Source: Fistulifera solaris
Taxonomy: Eukaryota
Direction: 5' to 3'
Assembly: GCA_030295235.1 (NCBI GenBank)
Contig: AP026129.1
Coordinates: forward strand, 1,302,001 to 1,366,000
DNA: 64,000 bases
Under the pieces are notes generated by a model. The model had not been told where the DNA came from. It saw only the letters and a list, made by a program, of their open reading frames with translations, and did not search any database. Both the position numbers and the translations under genes were made by a program. Below, piece after piece: positions 52,961-64,000 of this stretch (the first letter of the stretch is position 1; each line of letters starts with the position of its first letter).

Positions 52961-54252
52961 GACTGCTTCGATCGCAGTCGCCATCGCTCGTGGCGAAAAT
53001 GTGCCCTCCTCTTTGCGCAAACGAGAGCTTGTTTGGGGGCAAAGTGATGCCGGAACCTTCTATACCTTGATCGCTGCCACAGACTACTCAGCTATGCAGG
53101 GGAGTCGAGGTGCAACAATCTTCGGAAGGAATCACGAACGTCGGTTTCATCGATACCGGCGATTGGGTTTCTTACCCTGTTAACTTGCCCACAAATGGAC
53201 CTTACCAATTCCATAGTCGAATCTCCTCACCCTCTGGTGAAGGAAGCTTCGAAGTGGTAAACTTTGATACACAGCAGGTGTATGCGACCTTTAGTGGATT
53301 CCCCGCCACAGGTGATTATCAGGCATTTACAACTGTCGATCAGATGTTTGATCTTCCGGCTGGGGCATTCTCATTGCAAGTCAGAGCCACCCAAAGTGGA
53401 TTCAACATGCTTTGGTTTTCTCTCAAAGCGGTTGCTCCAGCTCCTGTAGAAGCACCTATTGAAGTGCCTGTTGAGGCTCCTGTCGAGACTCCTGTAGAAG
53501 CACCCGTCGAACCTCCTGTAGAAGCACCTGTCGAACCCCCCGTTGAGCCACCTGTTGAGCCGCCTGTCGAACCGCCTGTCGAACCACCTGTCGAATTTCC
53601 CGAAACCGTCGTCACACCTGCCCCGACTACCACTCGCACTGCATCGCCGACGGTAAAACAAACTCCTTCGCCAACTTCTACACCGACCATGAAGAAGACC
53701 GCTGCTCCGACTTCCGCACCGACCGTCAAGAAGACCGCGGCTCCGACTTCGGCACCGACCGTCAAGCAGACTGCGGCGCCAACTTCGAGCCCTACTGTGA
53801 TGCAGACTCCCGCTCCTACTTCGACCCCGACTGTGAAACAGACACCAGCTCCATCTGCTGCGCCCCTACCGCCTTACTTCTCGTTGATGGCCGCCTCTGG
53901 GTACGCAGAAATGGAAGGTCTTGCTTTGGAAAACTCCAGCGAAGGTCTCCCCAACCTAGCAAACTATGATGCTGGTGATTGGTCAAGCTACGACATCACT
54001 CTTCCTTACGCTGGAACCTACCAAATGATGTTCCGTGTCAGTAGCCCCTTTGGTGAAGGTGGGTTCGACATTACGAACTGGGATACGCAAGAAATCTACA
54101 GCAACATCGACGTCATGCCCAACACGGGTGACTGGCAGTTCTACCAAACTGTTTCAGTTCTTGTCAACCTTCCAGAAGGAGGCATGCGAATGCAACTGAA
54201 GTGTTACAATCCGGGCTTCAACTTGCTCTGGTTTGTCATCAAGTCGCCTTAA
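52961..54252 (+). CDS. Secreted CBM6-like / Pro-Thr linker / CBM6-like protein with no catalytic domain; one frameshift near 53100
   Basis: Signal MKLQFLLTASIAVAIA + KREL; two modules VGFIDTGDWVSY..RISSP..TGDYQAF..GFNMLWF and NYDAGDWSSY..RVSSP..TGDWQFY..GFNLLWF. Confidence 0.88.
53430..53870 (+). repeat. Coding tandem repeats: (E[AP]PV)n 12-bp units, then (KxTAAPTSAPTV)n 36-bp units
   Basis: Visible in both DNA and translation. Confidence 0.9.
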
Positions 54253-54925
54253 ATTTATATTGTGATGTCCTTTCACTGATGAAAGATTCATCGATCCTAG
54301 GACTTTGTGTGTAAAGTTTCATGAATGGCTAATCCAACTTACTTGTTCTTCGACTTCTTCAATTGCTGACCACTAGGTTGCGTCAATCATTTTCTTCATA
54401 GTGTGCAGGAATCATCTAATTGGCAGCTCTTGAACATAGAAGTCCGTGACCCATGATCTCCCAACCTCGCTTTGCTTCCAAGGTCACACACAGTTTTTCT
54501 ATAAGTAAAATTGCTGGAAACAAAAAAGTAGACTTTTTTAAGAAGGGGCTCTAGCTACTTTGTAGAGAGTTAAAGACGGTTTGCTGTTGTTCGATCGGCG
54601 GTCTTTGGTCATTTGAATATTACAAAAAAATGATGTCAAATGTATTCTGTACACAGGACACAGGAATACAGTAAATCTGGGTGAACAAGTCACCATTCAG
54701 AGTAAAGACTAAAGTCAACAGGCCCAATCTGTTATTTTTGGCCCTCAATGTTCGACTATTACTTTTAATTGTAGGAAGCCTATTCGGACTTGCCATTTTT
54801 TACATCAGTACGGAGAGGTGCGACACTAAAGTCCTTCGGCGGATGACTGACTAGGCGATGAAAACGTGAAGTGAGAGCAGTGGACACAACATCGAGCGGT
54901 CTCCTTCATTCTATTTCCTTGATAA

Positions 54926-57259
54926 ATGAGGTTCCTTTCTATTCACATCTTAACAGTAGCACTATCTCTTCTTTTGACGGTCGAAGCTGGAAGAGAGCTT
55001 CATCTGGGTGCCGACCATGAAAACGATCATTACTATTCGCTCGTCTCGGCCGTCAATTTCGATAATTCGTCGGGCGTCGAAACGAGAATATCGTCGGAGG
55101 CACTGAAAAGTCTTCGATACATGCATATCGGCGATTTTGCGGCTTATCAAGTCGATTTGGCCGTTGCAGCGCCTTATCTGATGCAATTACGGATTGCCTC
55201 TCCCGTAGGTGAAGGAAGCATAGAGATTGTGAATCTTCAAACACAACAAGTTTTGGCAACGGTAGAAACAATCAATGCAACAGGCGATTGGAGTCAATGG
55301 ATTACAATTGAACGCGAAATCGAGCTTCCTGCGGGTCTGTCGATATTACAGGTTCGAGCAACTCAGCCTGGTTGGGAATTGCTGTGGCTTTCGTTACTGG
55401 AAATGGACCCCTTGATTACGACGGAAGCACCAATACCCTTGATCACACCGGCTCCCATGGCACCCTTGGTTCCTTCTCCCGTAGTCGATCCGGTGCCACT
55501 CATGACCATGACACCGGTAGCAACGGCGTTACCGACATCTTCGATTCCTTCGCTAGCGCCATCGTCGGTTCCGACGGCCATGCCGACGCGACAGCCGGTC
55601 CCACTGCCCGGCCCGGCGACGGGGTTTGTCCGCGCACATGAACGACTCATTGTGGGCCCGGATGGCAATCAACTGCAATTAAAAGGAATGGTTCTGGGTG
55701 GATGGATGGTATTACAACCCTATCTTGTTTTGGCTGAAAATTATACCAACACGTCGAGTGAACTCTTTGATTTGGTCGAAAAGACAGTTGGATCAGATCA
55801 AATGATGGAATTTCGACAATCATGGTTGGATAATTTTGTGACACACGAAGATGTTCGGGAACTCAAAAGTTTGGGATTCAATATAATCAAGGCCCCCTTG
55901 CATTATGAATTGTTTACGTTACCCATTCAAGAGGAGCCTGTTCGTGGACAAGATACTTGGATCATGACAGGATTCGACTTAGTGGATCAGCTCTTGGAGT
56001 GGGCGGCGGAGGAAGAGATCTACGTGTTGCTGGATCTTCAAGCCGCTCCGGGTGGTCAGAACTTCGACAATGCTACGGATTACGACCCCCGGTTTTATTC
56101 TTTTTGGCAAGATGGGGAAAATCAGCGAAAAGCGATTGCTTTGTGGCGGGAAATTGCCATTCGTTACGCCGATAATCCTTGGGTGGCGGGCTACGACCTC
56201 TTGAATTCAGTTGGGTGGAATTTTGACGAAACAGATATTACCAAACATCAAAATGGCTGCGACGAAGAGACAAATGGACCCCTTCGTTTGTTTTATAACG
56301 GAGCGATCAATGCCATTCGCGACTTCGATACAAATCACATGATTGTACTCGCTGGAAATTGTTGGGGTACAAACCACAAGGGTCTATTTCCCATGAATGA
56401 CGACAATGTTGTATTGGGCTTCCGCATGTCTTGGACGTCGTTAAAGGAAGGAGAAAAGGCGCAAAGGGATGTGCCACCAGAAGAGACCATTTTTCAGCAA
56501 CTATTTGAAAGGGAGAAGTACAACGTGCCATTGATAATGACGCACGCAGGCGATTTTCACAACAAGTGGTACTCTGATACAACGTCCATGCTGGAAGCGA
56601 ATGATATTGGCTGGACATGGTTTACGTGGAAAAAGATGAACTCAACGGATAGTCCCTTTGAAATTTACAGCACCACTTCATACAATACTCTGCTTTCGCA
56701 CTGGGATTACAAATGCGATGACATTCATGTAGAAAGCGCTTTTCGCGCGCTCATGCAAATAGCAAACAATACACAGCTCAGCAAAACAAGGCGTAACCGA
56801 CCAGTCATTGAGGCCTTGCTGAATGAAGTTCGAAATTGCGACTCAGCATTGCAATATGAAGTGACAACAGCGGAGCCTAGGCGAATTGAAGGTGAAGACT
56901 TCTGTATGTCCTTGGGCGTGGCTACAGAGCTTGGAGCAGACGTCGACTCGGTTGGATCTAATGTTGGCTGGCTAAACAGTGGATCGACAATATCCTACAA
57001 GATTGGAGTCGCTGTTCCGGGCACCTATAACCTAAAATTTCGAATAGCCAGCCCCTCGGGCGATGGTGGTCTCACCATCCAGTCAAATGGTATACAGATT
57101 GGATCGTCAAGCGGATTCACGCGAACATATGGCTGGCAAAATTGGGCAGACGTCGACACATCAGTGATTTTGCCCGCCGGCGTACAAGTTCTGGACATTA
57201 TTTCAACAGGTCCAGGTTGGAACTTGAATTGGTTGGAGCTATCGTTCGTTTCCGCTTAG
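54926..57259 (+). CDS. Secreted CBM6 - linker - GH5-fold - CBM6 protein (777 aa); catalytic glutamates absent
   Basis: LGGWM, PLHYELF, LDLQAAPGGQ, AGYDLLNSV (family motif NEP), GNCWG, PLIMTHAG (family motif GExG), GWTWFTWKK; CBM IEGEDF..VGWLNSG..RIASP..TYGWQNW..GWNLNWL. Confidence 0.9.
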   Translation: MRFLSIHILTVALSLLLTVEAGRELHLGADHENDHYYSLVSAVNFDNSSGVETRISSEALKSLRYMHIGDFAAYQVDLAVAAPYLMQLRIASPVGEGSIEIVNLQTQQVLATVETINATGDWSQWITIEREIELPAGLSILQVRATQPGWELLWLSLLEMDPLITTEAPIPLITPAPMAPLVPSPVVDPVPLMTMTPVATALPTSSIPSLAPSSVPTAMPTRQPVPLPGPATGFVRAHERLIVGPDGNQLQLKGMVLGGWMVLQPYLVLAENYTNTSSELFDLVEKTVGSDQMMEFRQSWLDNFVTHEDVRELKSLGFNIIKAPLHYELFTLPIQEEPVRGQDTWIMTGFDLVDQLLEWAAEEEIYVLLDLQAAPGGQNFDNATDYDPRFYSFWQDGENQRKAIALWREIAIRYADNPWVAGYDLLNSVGWNFDETDITKHQNGCDEETNGPLRLFYNGAINAIRDFDTNHMIVLAGNCWGTNHKGLFPMNDDNVVLGFRMSWTSLKEGEKAQRDVPPEETIFQQLFEREKYNVPLIMTHAGDFHNKWYSDTTSMLEANDIGWTWFTWKKMNSTDSPFEIYSTTSYNTLLSHWDYKCDDIHVESAFRALMQIANNTQLSKTRRNRPVIEALLNEVRNCDSALQYEVTTAEPRRIEGEDFCMSLGVATELGADVDSVGSNVGWLNSGSTISYKIGVAVPGTYNLKFRIASPSGDGGLTIQSNGIQIGSSSGFTRTYGWQNWADVDTSVILPAGVQVLDIISTGPGWNLNWLELSFVSA

Positions 57260-57423
57260 TTTTGAATGGTTAAGACTGTTCATTGGCTTGTATCATATTA
57301 GATTCTTCAGAATCACAGCAAGAACGGTCAGTTGACCGTGAAACCGAGTTAATCGTGACAAAAATTAGCGACAGTCAGGTAAAGCGATAGATACTAAACT
57401 TTTCATTAAAAGAGTCAAACAAT

Positions 57424-59774
57424 TTAACACCTTTCCACTGTGTTATTGCCTAGCAATATTTTGACAACCGACGAAATTGGTTTTGCCTTGGATACCAGCG
57501 TGTTGTTGGCGATTTGCATTAAAGCGCGTAAGGCACTTTCTTCATGGATGTTGCTACAATTGTTGCTCCAGTAATCGGCTAGTGTATTGTAGGACGTAGA
57601 ACTACCGAACTGAAAAGGTGTCATTGTTGTATTGAGCCCTTTCCATGTCCACCACAGCCATCCCAACTTACTAGACTCCATCCTCTGAAAGACACTCACC
57701 GATGACTCATTCAGCTCGCCACTGACATGGGTCATAACGACTGGCACGTTGTAGCTTTCTCTGCTTGCAATCAATGATTCTATGGTCTCCATTGCCATTT
57801 CCATTCCGTGTAAATGAAACCCAAGCGCTACATTTGTGTCATTGACCGGTAAAGACCTCGGTGATTCGTACCCCAACAATTTCCTGCTAATATAATCATA
57901 TGATTCAAATCAACTTCCCGGATGGCGGAAATGGTTTGTTCGTACAATGCCCGTAATGGTTTATTGGAGGTTTCGTCACAGCCATTCCAGTGTCGAGTCG
58001 CCCATTCATCTTCTTGAAAATTCCAATCAACCGCGCTGAGCAGGTCGTATCCCGCTAACCACGGATGATCAGCATAGCGCCGGGCCAATTCTTGCCACAA
58101 TGCGACTGTTTTGCGTCTATTTTCCGCATATTCCCACAGCGAAGGGTATTGTACATCAAAATCTGTGATTGGATCTAATCCTTGTCCTCCAGGTGCTGCC
58201 ATTAAATCCAACATTACATAGAGTTCGTGATCCGTAGCCCATTCCATTAGTTGATCCAACAAACGGAATCCAATAGCGGACCAAGTATCATACCCGGTCA
58301 GCGACTCTTCTTGTATCGGCAACGTAAAAAGTTCATAATGCAGGGGCACGCGAATGGCATTGAAACCGGTCACCTTAATTTCTTGCAAATCATCTTTCGT
58401 GACAAATGATTGCAGCCAGACTTGTTGAAAAGAACGACGAGCGTTCATCCCTACCGTTGTTTCGACTCGTTTCCACCATTCACGTGCGGAAATGGAAGAG
58501 GAATTCATCACCAGATTCGGGGCCATCCAGCCACCCAACGCAACACCTCGTAGCAACAGAGGCTGATCTTGTGGATCACGTAAGGTGGTTCCCTGCGCGC
58601 GTACAAAGCCTGTGGCCGTATCCGTAAATGATGTGGGTGTCACTGTTGTGGGTGAGGACGAGGTAGATGTTGCTGTAGGTTCTGTTGTCGGAAGAATGTC
58701 CGCGCTGGGTCTCGGAGTTGAAAGGTTGTTGTTGGGTCTGGATGTGGGAGTCACCGTGGGAATCTCCACCTCCCAATCCCAACACCACCAGCGAAAGTTC
58801 CATCCTCCTTGTTCGACCGTCAATGTCATTGTAGTTAGAGCGGATGGCGTCAAATAGACCCATTCCGAGGATACCTTTTCGTATTGGTACCAACTATTCG
58901 TTGCGGGCAACTGAGAAATCGTGAGAAGAATACGCTTGGATGCATCCTCTTCCACATTCTCCAGTTCGACGCGAAAGGCTCCTTCGCCACTGGGGGTGGA
59001 AACACCAAAATGAAATTGATACCAACCTTGACGAGGTAACACAATATCATACATCACTAGATCCGAAGGATCCAACCAAGCCAAATTGGAAATTTCTTTT
59101 CCTTCAATGGTCATCCCTAGCATGAGACGATAATCTCGAGCCGCTTGATACGTTTGCATGCATTCGCTGGGGGGTGTAGGTGTAGTCGTCGTGTCCGGTA
59201 CAAAAACGACCTTCGAGGGACTTATCGAAGGCGTCATCGATGGTACCGTCGATACCTCCTCTTCCGGCGGCGGTGGTGGTGGTAGTTGGATTGTTCGCAG
59301 ACACAGGGATTGTAAATTGAAGCCACCTTGTAGAATCTGTAATTTCATGGGAATCATAACGGCTGATGATTGATTGCTCAGCGGAGGAATTGTGAATTGC
59401 GACGTAACGGGTTGATAGTTATTCCAGTCGCCCGTGATGGGCATTTCGAACAAATGGGTATAGTATTGCCGTGTTTCGGCATGTACGACCATGACTTTTC
59501 CTTCGCCGGTAGGACTCGCGACCCTCCATTCGATTTCGTTATAAGAAGCAGAAGGAATTTCGTACACGACCCAATCGTGTACATCCAAATATCCCAATGC
59601 ATCGGAAACCGGCAAGACACCTTGCATGGACGTATAATTTGTAGCCGTTAGAAAGAGAGTGCAATCCTGAGCCACGGCGACAGAGAAGCCGAACACGAGC
59701 ACGGAAACAACGACCGTTGTTGTTCGTTTGCGTTTTCGGCTGCACTTGTCTTGATGCCACCAAAAGAAGTTCAT
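57424..59774 (-). CDS. Secreted CBM6-CBM6-GH5-fold protein; catalytic glutamates absent; frameshift near 57860
   Basis: Hydrophobic leader VVVSVLVFGFSVAVAQ; two CBM6-like modules; LRGVALGGWM, NAIRVPLHY, LDLMAAPGGQG, AGYDLLSAV, PVVMTHVSGE, GWLWWTWK. Confidence 0.88.
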
Positions 59775-59882
59775 TGTTGCGTTGCGTTGCGTTCTCCTGC
59801 GCGGATTGATGGGACGAGGGAGCCAATAGTCTAAAAGGAATGTCAAAGGGATGCTTATCGTCAATCTTCATTACAATACTAG

Positions 59883-59910
59883 TGATTGATTGATTGATTG
59901 ATTGATTGAT
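59883..59910. repeat. (TGAT)7 microsatellite
   Basis: Read directly. Confidence 0.9.
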
Positions 59911-60263
59911 AAAGGAACGTTGTTGTTGTCGTCAATCGATGTCGCGCAAGAAAAAAAAACGTGCAAGGCGGCCGAAAAAGGCCCGACAAATTTGTGCTTG
60001 GAGTTTTTACGAAAAGTACTCTTGGGAACACCCGTTTTCACACTCTTGGGTCTTGGGGGTGCGGTCAATTGTCGCACCAGGTTTCGCTGGCGAGACACCG
60101 CGACACGCAAAACCTCTTCCCTCGTTGGAGACGCGGCAAGCCAGCCAGAAGTGATCTTTCGTTTATTAGGCTGATCGTATGATTATTGTATTATGAACGC
60201 TAGTTATGATATGAATTATAAAACCAAGATGGATGCACCAGCTTTGTGTGAGTGGAGGCTTCT

Positions 60264-61139
60264 TTATTTCTGATACGTGCTGGATCGAGCCATGCCGATG
60301 ATCGGATCGTAATCGTAGACGGCGGCTCCTCCGGATTTGGGGAAACGTAAGACCAAGGTTTGTTTCCCACCGATAGTTTCCACTTTAGGATATCCTGTGG
60401 GCATTTTCACAATACGACCATCTACGCTGATATTTTGTGCCAACAAGAGAGGAATGCCGGCACCGAGATCTCCGTTCTTAATTTTCTTGTTGCGGCCTTG
60501 AATTTCAATGCCGACATCAATGAAATCACCGGTACCGTCTTGGCACGGACTGCACCATTTCCAATGCAAGAGTTGGACGGAGAATTTGAAATCACCCGGC
60601 AAGACTTTCAGCAGTTCTCCGGTATTGGAAACAACTTCACCACCTTCCATCATAATGTAAGCGTCAATTTGAATGGAGCCGACATTCGAGACGTCCGACG
60701 TGAAGGAGAATGACTTGGCATCAAGACCGTACAAATCGGTGTTAAACAAAGAAGTGAAAGCGAATTTCCGACTAGCAAACGACTCGATGGTGTGTTTGAT
60801 TTTTCCGGCCTTGCCCACAACCTTAGCAGTCTTGCCGCTCACTTCACGAAGGAAACTCATTCTCATCGTGACCGCATTGGGATCGGAGATTCCCGGATAG
60901 CGATTATCGTAAAGGGTGATCTTTCCGCTGTTGCCGTGGGTAAAGGCGGACGTGTGAATAATGGGTTCAGGTTGTTCCGAGGGTGCTTCGCTCGGGCTCG
61001 CTGTAGGAGTGGGAGTGGGAGGACGAAGTGACGGTGTACCGCTGGGTACTTCGGACGAGATATCTTCAGCCTTTATTTGGCTTATTGTCCATGCGAACAG
61101 CATGAAAGCTTTCACGAGTACTGTCATTGACTTTGGCAT
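60264..61139 (-). CDS. Secreted protein with Pro/Ser/Thr linker and a beta-rich domain resembling coral SAARP / acidic skeletal organic matrix proteins
   Basis: Signal VLVKAFMLFAWTISQIKA; HTIESFA..F.F, GDFKFSVQLLHWKWC, GDFIDVGIEI, MPTGYPKV, RFPK..YDPII; family resemblance is from recall. Confidence 0.65.
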   Translation of the reverse strand: MPKSMTVLVKAFMLFAWTISQIKAEDISSEVPSGTPSLRPPTPTPTASPSEAPSEQPEPIIHTSAFTHGNSGKITLYDNRYPGISDPNAVTMRMSFLREVSGKTAKVVGKAGKIKHTIESFASRKFAFTSLFNTDLYGLDAKSFSFTSDVSNVGSIQIDAYIMMEGGEVVSNTGELLKVLPGDFKFSVQLLHWKWCSPCQDGTGDFIDVGIEIQGRNKKIKNGDLGAGIPLLLAQNISVDGRIVKMPTGYPKVETIGGKQTLVLRFPKSGGAAVYDYDPIIGMARSSTYQK

Positions 61140-62360
61140 AGTTAAAAGAGGGCCGCAATTTGTTTCGTTTTCGAGGTGCTCGATGGAGCTCGATTGATTT
61201 TTTTTAGAACAAGTGAAAGGAAAAATAAAAATAGATCGTTCAGTTCGTGAAATAGTGATCGTGGGGCAAATCTTTTGCGGAAGAAAGGTACGGTACCGGT
61301 AATCCTCCGGCAAAGAATGTTCACTGAGACCCGGTTGGAGTTGGAGTTAAAGGTTTCAAATAATGGGTGTACAAGTACAGGCATACATTAAATCGTAAGT
61401 CGGCGCAAACGACAACGGGCTAGCGCTAACGGCTAGCGGGTGATTGACTGGTTGACTGCAAGGTACTAATTAGTTGTTGGTAATTTTCACAAGGTTACAA
61501 ATCATAGAGCACAAGAACACATGAACGCAGAGTCATGTGTCCTGTGTCCTGTGTCTTGTGCATGCACCAGTAGCAATCAAGACTAGGGTCACATGTCTTC
61601 TTGCTCTTGTCCGCATTTCTACGAACACTACTAGGAATTTAACGGATGCTTTCTTAATAAATCTAAGCAAATGACTGATGTCCCAAAATCCAAGTTGTAT
61701 GCACTGTGGAGCTGAGGAGTGGGTGATACTATTGACGTAAACTTCGGGAGTTGGCTTTTGGATCTTATCTCGAATAGGTCTTTCACGCTATTCCTAGCTG
61801 GGGAGTTTTTTTGTCGCAAATTTCTCTCTTTTACGTATGGATTTAAGGATAAGGACACAAATTTGATCTCATTCCCAAGTGGCATGTCAAAGTCTTACAC
61901 TCACGAGATGCAGATCATCGAAATGAGGACAACAACATCAGTGGCGGTGAAAACGGCATTCCATGGCAATAGAGGACCACGAATAGATAGGTAACTAGTA
62001 GAGAAGCCTAGTCAGGTCTCTTCTATAAAATGGCACACACAGATTCAATTCTTTCATTCAAAATTGAACTGGGAAATGGAGAATCCGAACGATTTATTTT
62101 GTTGCATGCCCTTGAGCTGAAATATTCTCCTTTTTTATAATACAATGTGTCTGCAGTATATATTTGATGGAACAAGCGATAAATCCCGAGAAAGCTTCCG
62201 ACTGACGAAGGATTCATGACTACCCAGCCCGGAGCCCGCGCACGGTGCTTGCTTGTACGTCAGAAGAAAACCTAATGGATGTCTGCCATAAGCGGGCCAT
62301 CAATCCACGTGCAGCTTCGTTCCTCTGTTGTTGGAATTGTTTCATTTATCTGTCAACATT

Positions 62361-63768
62361 TTAAAAGGGCGAAGAACAGTCATGAGGCGGCCGCACCGGT
62401 GCTTCGGAGCTAGTTCTCGTAAACGTCGCTGCTGTCGTCGGTTCCATAGTCGGTGGACCGGGAATTTGAAACGGAGGTACCACAGCAGTGGTTTCTCGAA
62501 AGCAAAGAGATTGCAAATTCCAACCATCACTGTAAATTTTCATTTCGAGCTCGAATGGTGTAGTTGTCGAGGCGGGCAACGAGAATACGGTACTGGCCAC
62601 TTGCCACGTTGTCCAATTCCCCGTCAAGGGTAATTCATTTTGCAGCATCAACGGTGTTTGCGATGCGGCATCGATCAACAAAAATGATCCCATTCCTTCA
62701 GGACTGGCGACCATAGTGTCTAATTGGTACGTTCCGGCTGGCAAAGTTAAATTGTAAACGACCCAATCACCCGAGTCCAAGTAACCCACGTAATCCGTAC
62801 CCGCTTCGTAGCTCACACCTGACATAGAAGCATAGTCAGATGCATTCAAGAACAAGTTGCATTCATCAAGACTGATCACAGGCGGAAGTATGGAGGTGGC
62901 TGGAACAGAGACGGGGGGTCGTTGCGGGGGCAATAGGCGTAGATACCGGAGCCGCAACCGGTGTTACAACAGGAACCATCACCGAAGGTGCCAAAGGAAC
63001 GGCGACAGGTGTCACAACTGGAGTAAATAGAGGAGGCATTGCTTCTGGCGCCATTGGAATTACCACCGAAGGGGTAACTGGAACAAGAGGAGCTGCTATA
63101 GGAGCACTTGTCAACGTTGCTGGAGCCGTGGTCAGTGATAATTTTGTCGGAGAAGTGGTTACCGAGACTGGCGTCATTACGGGAGCCATGGTTGTCGAGA
63201 CAGTAGGTGATGAAACAACATCAATCGGCAATAAATTCATCCATTGCAAACTCCATCCTCCTTGATCAACAAAAAGTTCGATGGTATGCAACCCCACGGG
63301 CAAGGTCAAATTTGTGGAAACTGTCGTCCAAGCATCTGCCGTAGAAGGCAAATTCGAAAATGTCGCCAAAACCGCACGCGTGTCGACTGAAACCACACGC
63401 ACGGATCCCCCTTCCGTCGCGGACGAAATCCTTAACGACAATTGATACAGTCCGTCCTCGGGTATGCCCACCACATAACGCAGCCAGTCATTTTGTTGTA
63501 AATTCATGACACTCTTCGTTCCTTCGGACGATACAGCTACTGTGGCTGTACTGGGTGTTTGTACAAAGGATGCTGTAGCATAATCAGCGGCCGAAATAAG
63601 ACTGGTAAAAGCAGGATGCTGGGAGCCCCATTGCAATTGTCGTGTGTGTTGTGGGGAAGATTGCGTTCGTCGTCGTCGTCGTACGGATTCTGCGTCACCG
63701 TACGGACACGTAGCATTGACTGCCAAAGCAGTAATTACAAGAATGGTTGCAGACGCAAGGACTCTCAT
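62361..63768 (-). CDS. Secreted CBM6 - Pro/Thr/Val linker - CBM6 protein; frameshift near 62900-62950; 3' end uncertain
   Basis: Signal MRVLASATILVITALAVNA, RQLQ motif; modules LQQNDWLRY..RISSA..GGWSLQWM and VGYLDSGDWVVY..VASP..TGNWTTWQ..GWNLQSLCF. Confidence 0.85.
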
Positions 63769-64000
63769 TCGTCGTTTTGAAAGAAGAAAAATATGTAAAG
63801 ACTTCTGGTGGGGGTTGCACTCGCGCGCGACAAGATCTATCTGGGAAATTGGGAAATGAGGATCGGCTTTTCTTGTAAGTACAACAAGAACGAACAAGCA
63901 GCTGCCTGTAACAAAGGATATAATAATATTACCGACGGTGGTGATGCGAAAGAAAAAAGCCATCGGCATCATCATCTCGCAACAATAGGCTTCGCAGGCA

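Noticed and set aside
61631..62360. A possible further exon or domain of the last CBM gene (candidate short intron gtgcgg..ttgacag)
   Set aside because: Downstream frames close quickly and show no recognisable domain
1..64000. Pervasive frameshifts read as programmed frameshifting or mass pseudogenisation
   Set aside because: They hit conserved housekeeping genes (PEPC, GDH, helicase) that show no other decay; unpolished long-read indel error is the simpler explanation

Overview
A 64-kb window of eukaryotic nuclear DNA, very likely from a diatom. Evidence: short GT-AG introns, a CoDi-type copia element, DUF6824 and HSF genes, a bipartite plastid presequence and RXL propeptide motifs. Single-base indels break many conserved genes (PEPC, GDH, DEAH helicase), so the assembly looks unpolished and several ORFs were joined across frameshifts by eye. 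Genes in order: epimerase, secreted VWA-HYR protein, ExeM/NucH-type nuclease, 2OG-Fe oxygenase, a 1.1-kb TIR element, plastid HAD, PEPC, FkbM-like methyltransferase, a large DUF1800-DUF1501 fusion, DUF285 repeat protein, DUF6824 protein, a methyltransferase::D-2-hydroxyacid dehydrogenase fusion head-to-head with a large NAD-GDH, HSF, a full-length recent copia LTR element and a DHX57-like helicase. The window ends in an 11-kb cluster of secreted CBM6-type proteins. Top leads: (1) the CBM cluster, whose two GH5 domains both lack the two catalytic glutamates and which surrounds a gene resembling coral skeletal-matrix (SAARP) proteins; (2) the methyltransferase-reductase fusion as a candidate two-step DMSP or betaine pathway enzyme. 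All family calls come from motif recognition; no searches were run.
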